In this document: piece by piece, positions 26,834 to 33,793 of the stretch
How positions within the stretch are numbered: position 1 is the stretch's first letter
How the letters are laid out: each line of letters opens with the position of its first letter
Origin: Spirochaetia bacterium
GTDB lineage: Bacteria; Spirochaetota; Spirochaetia; SZUA-6; Fen-1364
Direction of reading: 5' to 3'
Assembly: GCA_049511935.1 (NCBI GenBank)
Contig: JBEKXR010000001.1
Location: 1-35,332 of the forward strand
DNA: 35,332 nucleotides
Translations under genes and position numbers: made by a program
The notes under the pieces: generated by a model
What the model saw: the letters and a program-made list of their open reading frames with translations, nothing else
Told to the model about the DNA's origin: nothing
Database searches by the model: none

Positions 26834-28912
26834 TCAGCAGGCGTGGGGTCTGCCCGGCACTTTCCTGCCCACGCAGTAGGATACGAACGAGTCCAGGGAG
26901 GTGATTGCCGAGCGGATGTCGGGGTAGACCGGAAGGCCGCCCTCTTCCAGGGCCGCCACGAAGTCCGCGTAGTGCCGCCCCGCGTTCACCGAGATCACGA
27001 TGGGTTTGGCGTGCCGGCGGGAGATATCCACGAGGCCCGAGCTGTTGATGGCGTTCAGCTTCTCCACCGTGCGAGGGCCCAGCCGCGCCTGGGTGAGGCC
27101 TTTGAGCTCGTCGGCGCTCACGGTGGATTCGAACCCCGCGTTTACGACTCCGGCCACCCTGTTGCCCCGGGGCCTGCGCCCGGCGAGGAGAGAGAAGACG
27201 CGGATGCGCTCGTACAGCTCTTCGATCGTCTCCGCCATGACCACGCCGGCCTGCCGGCAGGCGGCCCGGAAAACCTCGTAATTGCCCGACATCGCCGCGG
27301 TGTGGGAGGCAGCTGATCGCGCGCCCGCCTCCGTGCGGCCTCCCTTGTAGGCGATGATCGGCTTGGGCGATTCCCGGGCGCACTCGAAGAGGGCGCGCCC
27401 CTCTCCCGCATCGAGCCCCTCGAGGTAGATCGCGATCACCTGGACGGCGGGGTCCCTGGAGAAATGCGCCAGGAGGTCGCCCACCTTGACGTCGAACTTG
27501 TTGCCGAAGCTCACCACCGACCTCAGGGGCCGGCACGCCTTGAGCTTGTCGATGAGGGTCACGGAAAGCGCGCCGCTCTGCGTGAGGAGCACCGCGTTTG
27601 CGGTTTCCGACGATCTCACCTCCAGCCTCTTTTCATTGATGAACAGCGTGTTCACCCCCGGTTTCCCGTCCACCGCCGCGTGATAGACTCCCATGCAGTT
27701 GGGCCCGATGATCCGGACGCCCGCAGGAGCGGACTCGCGCAGCTGGCGCGCGAACTCTGCATAAGGGAGGGAGGAAGGGACGCCGGGGATCAGGACCACG
27801 GCCCGGACTCCGGTGCCGGCCAGGGAGCGAAGGAAGGCGGGCGCGTTCAGCGCGGGGGCGGCGTAGACGGCGAGGTCGACCGGCCCCGGCAGGGAGGCGA
27901 TGTCGCGGTACAGCGGGTATTCGCGTGACCCGAACCTCAGGGCTCCCTCCCGCGGATTCACGAGGTACAAGTCTTCGCGGTGCAATTCGTGGAGGAGCTC
28001 GGCGATGTCGCGCGCCATGCTGTACTTGGCGAGGTCGGCGGAGACGCCGACCACCGCCACTCCCCGCGGCCGGAAGAACGCGTCCAGGTTTCCGAGGTTC
28101 ACCCTCGGGTTCCACTCCTCTGCGGGAGGAGCGGCGGCGAACTCGGCCAGACCGTCGAGGGCCACGAACCGCCCGTCCAGGGAGATCGCGAAGGGGTTCA
28201 CCTCCAGGGCCTTGAACACCCAGCGCGGCCTCTCCGCCATGGGGGAGTATGCCAGGGAGAGAGCGCTGAACTCCGCCAGGGCGCGCGCCATCATCGACAG
28301 ATACTCGGGATGCCCGATCTGCTCGAACTTGCGCCTGATGTGCAGTGAGCGCATCAGGGCATGGGCTTCGTCATACTCCATGGGCGGGAGAAAGATGTTG
28401 GCCGGATCATAGTTCTGCGCGAAAAACTCCGCATCATCGCCGCCCTTGCTCACGGTGAGCGCCGGGCCGAAAGCGGGATCCTCCCGGAAGCCGATGAGCA
28501 CCTCGTTTCCCAGTGCCTGCGTATGGGGAACATGCTCGACCAGCAGGAAGCCCGCGATGGCGGGCCGCTCATCGGCGGCGAAGTGCGACTCCACCTCGTC
28601 CCGCATCCGCGCAAGCACGAACTGCACGTAGAGCGGATCTGTCGCGCTCACCACGCGCACGCCGCCCAGTTTCTGCTTGTGCGGCACGTCGGGCGAGACG
28701 ATCTTCACCACGAGGGTGGAACCTATCTTCCGGAGCCCCGGCTCGTTCACCTCGCGGGGATCGCGGACGAAATGGAAGCGAGGCACGGTGAGCCCGACGC
28801 ACGAGAGGATCCCGTACACCTCGTGCTCGTAGAGCGACGACCTTCCCTCGCGCTGCGCCCCTTCCAGGATCGCATCGATGCCGCAGACGGCTTCCCGGGT
28901 GAGAACAGACAT
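26834..28912 (-). CDS. ADP-forming acyl-CoA synthetase (acetate--CoA ligase family), ATP-grasp domain first
   Basis: This is the last 692 codons of the 970-aa ORF. ATG 28912 lies 5 nt after GGAGGAG. The N-terminus LYEHEVYGILSCVGLTVPRF is ATP-grasp type, followed by FFRPRGVAVVGVS (CoA-binding), GPNCMGV, TQSGAL and SAASHTAAMSG (phospho-His loop). Confidence 0.85.
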   Translation of the reverse strand: MSVLTREAVCGIDAILEGAQREGRSSLYEHEVYGILSCVGLTVPRFHFVRDPREVNEPGLRKIGSTLVVKIVSPDVPHKQKLGGVRVVSATDPLYVQFVLARMRDEVESHFAADERPAIAGFLLVEHVPHTQALGNEVLIGFREDPAFGPALTVSKGGDDAEFFAQNYDPANIFLPPMEYDEAHALMRSLHIRRKFEQIGHPEYLSMMARALAEFSALSLAYSPMAERPRWVFKALEVNPFAISLDGRFVALDGLAEFAAAPPAEEWNPRVNLGNLDAFFRPRGVAVVGVSADLAKYSMARDIAELLHELHREDLYLVNPREGALRFGSREYPLYRDIASLPGPVDLAVYAAPALNAPAFLRSLAGTGVRAVVLIPGVPSSLPYAEFARQLRESAPAGVRIIGPNCMGVYHAAVDGKPGVNTLFINEKRLEVRSSETANAVLLTQSGALSVTLIDKLKACRPLRSVVSFGNKFDVKVGDLLAHFSRDPAVQVIAIYLEGLDAGEGRALFECARESPKPIIAYKGGRTEAGARSAASHTAAMSGNYEVFRAACRQAGVVMAETIEELYERIRVFSLLAGRRPRGNRVAGVVNAGFESTVSADELKGLTQARLGPRTVEKLNAINSSGLVDISRRHAKPIVISVNAGRHYADFVAALEEGGLPVYPDIRSAITSLDSFVSYCVGRKVPGRPHAC

Positions 28913-28980
28913 TCCGGCTCCTCCTGCGGGGAGAGTATCACACTCGCGTACGCGCGGCCCAACCTTCGGCGGGGAAGCGG

Positions 28981-29746
28981 TCAGCGCCGCCTCTCCCGCA
29001 CGACCCGCATGAGCCCGGTTGAAGACCAGCCCGACGCGTGGGGAACGCGATGGACGCTGCCGCCCCGGCCCTCCACCAGTCTTCTTCCCACAATGGCGGC
29101 ACGCGAATACTCCGATCCCTTCACCAATATGTCCGGCCGCACCGCACGGAGAAGCTCCCGGGGGTCGCTCTGCCCGAATACTGCGCAGAAATCCACGCCG
29201 CGGACTCCCGCGACGACCTCGGCGCGCGCGAACTGGGGAACCGCGGGACGAGTCCGGCCCTTCAGCTGCCGCGCCGAATCGTCGCTGTTGATGCCCACCA
29301 CCAGGGCCCCGCCCAGCGCGCGCGCCGACTGGATCAGGCGAGGTGGCCGACGTGGAAGAGATCGAAGACGCGTTCGTGAAGACCAGGCGCTTCCCCGCGT
29401 GTCGAAGCTGGACGCATCGCCTCTCGACAGTTTCGAAGTCGGTGAGCACCCGGGCCCGGGAGGCGGCCGCGTCCAGCCGGTTCAAGGTGCCCCGGACGCT
29501 CGCACCCGCGACGCCCGACAGGCAGCCGCGGAAGCCGGCCTTCACCTCGTCCGGCACCTGCCCGGCCTCGTCCCTCAGCAGGAGCCACGACGCAGACAGC
29601 TCCACGTCCAGGCCGGCGGCAAGGCGCTGCCATGCGGCGAAGGACCTGCCGAGCGGCGGCCGCGGCAGGGGCAGGACGCAATACTCGCGAAGCAGGAGCC
29701 CTTCCGGCGCACGGCTTCTCCCGGCGAGCAGGATGGCGCGCATCAT
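28981..29746 (-). pseudogene. cytidylyltransferase-like nucleotidyltransferase (RfaE domain II / HldC-like) with two 1-nt frame changes
   Basis: Frame A gives MMRAIL...RHAGKRLVFTN, frame B gives VFDLFHVGHL, and frame C gives RLIQSARALGGALVVGINSDDSARQLKGRTRP...LVKGSEY...GRSST-like tail. One missing base near 29371 and one near 29340 would restore VFTNGVFDLFHVGHLRLIQ. The ATG at 29746 overlaps the upstream stop (ATGA). Confidence 0.7.
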
Positions 29747-30555
29747 TGGGAGAGCTTCGCCTCCGTGATGGAATCGAGGAAAAACGTCCGGGTGCTGTTC
29801 CTCAAGGTGCAGAAAGCGACAACCGCCACGTTTCCCCCGACGAGGGAAAACGAAAGCGGCTTGATCGTGCGGCTGGTGAGAGCGCCATCTCCCGACCGGT
29901 AGGAGATGTCGACCATCGTCCCGCTTTCAAGGGACTGCTGAAGGAGCCGCGCGGTCTGCGGCTGCCGGGGAGCATGCGCGCAGAAGTCGAGAGGCGCGCC
30001 GCTGAGCCGGATGAGGTCCTGGATCGAAAGCTCCGCGTCCTTCGCCAGCCTCTCGACGCAGGCCTGGAAGAGCTGCCGGCAGGCATGGGCATCCGCAAGG
30101 GCGCGGTGCGCTCCAGGCGTGACAAGTCGCAGGTCACGCGCGAGATTCCCCAGGCCGTAGCTGAACCTCCCCGGAAACGCATGCCGGGCGAGGCCCCGCG
30201 TGTCCAGCACCGGTCCCTCCGGAGCAGGCAGTCCCGCCGCTTCCGCCTCGACGCTCACGAATCCAACGTCGAACACGGCGTTGTGCGCCACGGGAGTCCC
30301 CCGGGCAAGCATGCAGAGGAAGTCCGGGAGCGCGTCTGCCGCGGGCGGCGCTTCTGCAAGCAGCTCGTCCGTGATGCCGGTGACACGGGACGCCGCGGGA
30401 GGCATGGGCATCTCAGGGTTGACCAGGCACGAGAAGGCGTCCAGGACCTCGTCACCCCGAAAGGAGACGGCGGCGAGCTCAACCACACGGTCCACCCCGG
30501 CGACGAGGCCCGTGGTTTCCACGTCGAAGGCGACGATGACCGGGTTACTGTTCAC
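29743..30555 (-). CDS. DEDDh 3'-5' exonuclease (DnaQ/epsilon-like) fused to a C-terminal WYL-like domain
   Basis: Exo I is VAFDVETTGL, Exo II is AHNAVFDVGF and Exo III is HRALADAH. The C-terminal 75 aa or so are VDISYRSGDGALTSRTIKPLSFSLVGGNVAVVAFCTLRNSTRTFFLDSI (WYL-type pattern ..Y....G....R.I.P......G....A.C......R.F.LD.I). GTG start. Confidence 0.8.
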   Translation of the reverse strand: MNSNPVIVAFDVETTGLVAGVDRVVELAAVSFRGDEVLDAFSCLVNPEMPMPPAASRVTGITDELLAEAPPAADALPDFLCMLARGTPVAHNAVFDVGFVSVEAEAAGLPAPEGPVLDTRGLARHAFPGRFSYGLGNLARDLRLVTPGAHRALADAHACRQLFQACVERLAKDAELSIQDLIRLSGAPLDFCAHAPRQPQTARLLQQSLESGTMVDISYRSGDGALTSRTIKPLSFSLVGGNVAVVAFCTLRNSTRTFFLDSITEAKLSQ

Positions 30556-30736
30556 CCTTGAGCTTTTCCGGCGTGGCCTCGCCGAGCAGGAGCTTGCAGA
30601 TGTTCTTGTAGCCCACCTTCCGGTGCTTCCTCAATAACACGGCGAATGCTTCGTAGGCCTCCGGGTGCGACGCCTTGAGCTCTTCCAGGCGGACGAGCAC
30701 TTCTTTCAGGTCATCAAGCGAAGCGAGAGCAGGCAT
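30545..30736 (-). CDS. hypothetical small helical protein (63 aa)
   Basis: AGGGAGG lies 5 nt upstream of the ATG. The 3' end overlaps the exonuclease start by 11 nt. No family recognised. Confidence 0.55.
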   Translation of the reverse strand: MPALASLDDLKEVLVRLEELKASHPEAYEAFAVLLRKHRKVGYKNICKLLLGEATPEKLKGEQ

Positions 30737-30748
30737 GCGTGCCTCCCT

Positions 30749-31885
30749 TCAGATCGTCGTAAATGAATCAACGGTCTTTTCGTCCAGACGCTTGACCACC
30801 TCGACGAGAAGGGTCACGGCATTGTCCATGTCGTCGAGGCTGAGCATCCCGACGTGAGAATGGATGTGCCGGGTCGGAATGGTGAGCACGATGGTGGGGC
30901 AGCCGGCGTTTGCGATGTGGATGGCGCCGCCGTCGGTGCCCCCGCCTTTCATCTGGGAGAGCTGGAAGGGGATCTTCCGCTCCTCCGCCGTGCGGATGAG
31001 CAGGTCCTTCAGCCCCTGGTTGGGGATCATCGAAGCGTCGTAGGTCAGGATCGCGGGCCCGAGGCCCATCTTCGTGGGTGCCTCGTGCGCCTCGATACCG
31101 GGGACGTCCCCGGCGATATCCACCTCCAGCGTGATGCATACGTCGGGCTGTACGACGTGGGCGGAGGTCCGCGCCCCGCGCAGGCCCACTTCCTCCTGGA
31201 CGGTGGCCGCGCCGACCACCGTGTTGGGATGAACGATGCGTTCCTGCTTCAGGCGGCGCACCACCTCCGCGGCGACAAACGCGCCGGCCCGGTCGTCGAA
31301 CGCCTTGCCGCAGGCGAGCCGGGCAGTTCCGGCGGGCTTCTCTTCACCGCCGCCTTCGGGTTTGCGGTACACGTTCTTTTCTATCGTATAGAACGGGGAG
31401 TCGGGCACCACGGGGTCACCGATGCGCACCCCCATGTCCTTCGCTTCCCTTTCATTGGAGCAGCCGATGTCGATGAACATCTTCTCCCGGGGAACGACCT
31501 TGGTTCTTTCCTCGGGAGGGAGAATGTGCGGCGGCTTGGCAGCGATGACACCGCGCACCATTCCCCGGGAGCCGCGGATCTTCACCCTCTGTCCGAGCAG
31601 GACCTGGTCGAACCAGCCGCCGATCGTGTTGAAGGTGAGAAACCCGTGGGCGTTGACCCCGGAAACGATGAACCCGACCTCGTCCACGTGGCCGGGCAGG
31701 AGGACCACCGGCCCTCCGGCTTTTCCCTTTGCGCTGAAATGCAGCGAGCCCAGCTTGTCGCCGCTGATCTCATCCGCAAAGGGCTGGACATAGCTCTTCA
31801 CCAGCGACACCGGCTCTCTCTCGAAACCGGACGGACCGAAGCTCTCGCTCAGGCTTTTCAGGAAATCGAGTGCCTTCGCTTCCAT
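30749..31885 (-). CDS. M42 family metallopeptidase (glutamyl aminopeptidase / FrvX-like)
   Basis: Trimmed to ATG 31885 (MEAKALDFLKSLSESFGPSGFE). Motifs LPGHVDEVGFIV, AFDDRAG, TVQEEVGLRGA and GGGTDGG. Confidence 0.9.
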   Translation of the reverse strand: MEAKALDFLKSLSESFGPSGFEREPVSLVKSYVQPFADEISGDKLGSLHFSAKGKAGGPVVLLPGHVDEVGFIVSGVNAHGFLTFNTIGGWFDQVLLGQRVKIRGSRGMVRGVIAAKPPHILPPEERTKVVPREKMFIDIGCSNEREAKDMGVRIGDPVVPDSPFYTIEKNVYRKPEGGGEEKPAGTARLACGKAFDDRAGAFVAAEVVRRLKQERIVHPNTVVGAATVQEEVGLRGARTSAHVVQPDVCITLEVDIAGDVPGIEAHEAPTKMGLGPAILTYDASMIPNQGLKDLLIRTAEERKIPFQLSQMKGGGTDGGAIHIANAGCPTIVLTIPTRHIHSHVGMLSLDDMDNAVTLLVEVVKRLDEKTVDSFTTI

Positions 31886-31952
31886 GGGACGATCAGGATA
31901 AGGTTCGCTCCGAAGCCTTGTCAAGAAGAAGGAATGACGGTATGCCGTATCG

Positions 31953-33167
31953 GTGACCGAAAAGCTGTACTACGCCGATTCCGGCAGGCTCGAGTTCGAC
32001 GCCGCGGTCATCCGCGCCTCGTCTCTTCCTGATGGCCGGTGCGAGGTCGTGCTGGACCGCACCTGCTTCTACCCGGGAGGCGGCGGGCAGCCCTGTGACC
32101 GGGGCACCCTGGACGGGGCGCGCGTGCTCGATGTGCGCGAGCAGGAGGGGGACATCGTGCACCTCGTTTCAGCCGCGCCCGGTCAGGCAAAGATCAGCGG
32201 CAGCGTGGATGCGGCGCACCGGCGCGATTTCATGGCCCAGCACACGGGCCAGCACATCTTCTCCCAGGCCCTCGCGCGCGCGGGAAGCCTCGAGACGGTC
32301 TCCGTGCACTTCGGGGACGATGACACCACCATCGAGCTCAAGGCGGACTCGGTCGATGACAGCATGCTTCGCGATGCGGAACAGATCGCCAACACCGTCA
32401 TCCATGAAAACCGCCGCGTGATCCTCCACGAGATCGATCGCGCCGAGGTCTCGCGCTTTCCCCTGCGCCGCACCCCTCCCGACGAAGGCCGGCTCCGCAT
32501 CGTCGAGGTCGATTCCTACGACTGGGCCGCCTGCAGCGGTGTACACGTCGCTTCAGCCGGAGAAGTTTTCCTCGTGAAGGCGGTGTCCCAGGAGCGGATC
32601 CGGGGCCGGGTGCGCATCCACCTCATGATCGGCGGCCGCGCCTACGAGGACTACGGTCGGAAAGTTGCCCTCTCCCAGGGGCTGAGCCGCGCCCTCACCT
32701 GCGGGGAGGATTCCGTCCTCGGACGAGTGCAGGACATGCTCGCCGCGGAGAAGGAAGCGGCCCGGGAGCTTCGAAGGCTTCGTGCCGCCCAGGCGGCCGC
32801 GGAGGCTGATGCGGCAGTGCCGGGGGCCCGGAGCATCGGGGGCGCCCTGCTCGTGCGCCGCGTGTTCGACGACTGCGGCCCCGAGTACCTGAAGGCGTTC
32901 GTGGAAAGGCTCGTCGCCTCCCCGGGCAGGATCGCCGTCGCGGCGGATCGCGGCACGGGCACGTTTCAGTGGCTCGTCGCACACTCCCTCGGTGACCGGG
33001 TCGAGCTCTCCGCCATCGTGGCGAAGCACTTCGGCGTTGCCGATGCGAAAGGCGGGGGCCGGGGAGCGCGCGTGCAGGGAGTCGGGGGCCGGCCCGAGGC
33101 CCTGGAGCTGTTCGTCGATGCGATCGAAGACGAGCTCACCCGGGCACTCGGGAAGGGAATGGCATGA
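31953..33167 (+). CDS. alaX: alanyl-tRNA editing protein AlaX-L
   Basis: 404 aa with a GTG start (MTEKLYYADS). Motifs FYPGGGGQPCD, HTGQHIFSQ (HxxxH) and AACSGVHV (CxxxH), plus a C-terminal DHHA1-like GGGRG region. Confidence 0.85.
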   Translation: MTEKLYYADSGRLEFDAAVIRASSLPDGRCEVVLDRTCFYPGGGGQPCDRGTLDGARVLDVREQEGDIVHLVSAAPGQAKISGSVDAAHRRDFMAQHTGQHIFSQALARAGSLETVSVHFGDDDTTIELKADSVDDSMLRDAEQIANTVIHENRRVILHEIDRAEVSRFPLRRTPPDEGRLRIVEVDSYDWAACSGVHVASAGEVFLVKAVSQERIRGRVRIHLMIGGRAYEDYGRKVALSQGLSRALTCGEDSVLGRVQDMLAAEKEAARELRRLRAAQAAAEADAAVPGARSIGGALLVRRVFDDCGPEYLKAFVERLVASPGRIAVAADRGTGTFQWLVAHSLGDRVELSAIVAKHFGVADAKGGGRGARVQGVGGRPEALELFVDAIEDELTRALGKGMA

Positions 33168-33790
33168 AGCTGCATATCCGCTACAACTCCCCGGTGGTTC
33201 TCACCTTTGCGCTGCTGTGCGCCGTGGTCCTCCTCATCGACCAGCTGAGCGGCGGCACCTTCATCCGCGCCTATTTCCTCCTGCAGCCGGATTTCAACGC
33301 CGGTTCATTCCTCTCGTGGTTCCGGCTCGTCTCGTACGTCATCGGCCACCAGAGCTGGACCCACCTGGTCGGCAACTTCTCCTTCATCCTCCTGATCGGG
33401 CCCGTCCTGGAGGAGAAGTACGGCTCCCTCGCACTGCTCGCCATGATGATCGTCACCGCCCTGGCCACGGCCGTGCTGAACCTCCTCGTCGTGCGCACGG
33501 GGCTGTACGGGGCGAGCGGGATCGTGTTCATGCTCATCCTGCTCAGCTCGTTCACGAACATCCGACAGAACGAGATACCGATCACCTTCATCCTCATCGT
33601 TGCGTTGTACATGGTGAGAGAGTTCGTGAACGCCCTGCACCCCGACACCGTTTCCGAGCTCGCCCATATCTTCGGAGGGGTGATCGGAGGCGCCTTCGGA
33701 TTCCTGTTCTCCAAGCCGGCCCCCGTGCCCGCCGCAGCGGCGGCTCCGGCTGTGCCGGCTGATCCGGCCCCGCCGGACAAAAAGGAGTAG
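33164..33790 (+). CDS. rhomboid family intramembrane serine protease
   Basis: 208 aa, polytopic. Motifs HQSWTHL, GASG (catalytic Ser) and HIFGGVIGG (catalytic His). The ATG overlaps the alaX stop (ATGA). Confidence 0.85.
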   Translation: MKLHIRYNSPVVLTFALLCAVVLLIDQLSGGTFIRAYFLLQPDFNAGSFLSWFRLVSYVIGHQSWTHLVGNFSFILLIGPVLEEKYGSLALLAMMIVTALATAVLNLLVVRTGLYGASGIVFMLILLSSFTNIRQNEIPITFILIVALYMVREFVNALHPDTVSELAHIFGGVIGGAFGFLFSKPAPVPAAAAAPAVPADPAPPDKKE

Positions 33791-33793
33791 CCC

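Noticed and set aside
26834-29746. 970-aa ORF that looks like one giant protein
   Set aside because: It is a composite. The last 692 codons are the acyl-CoA synthetase, which has its own GGAGGAG RBS and ATG at 28912. The upstream part is frame A of the broken nucleotidyltransferase plus a chance open frame typical of GC-rich DNA (Arg/Gly/Pro-rich stretch 28913-29340).
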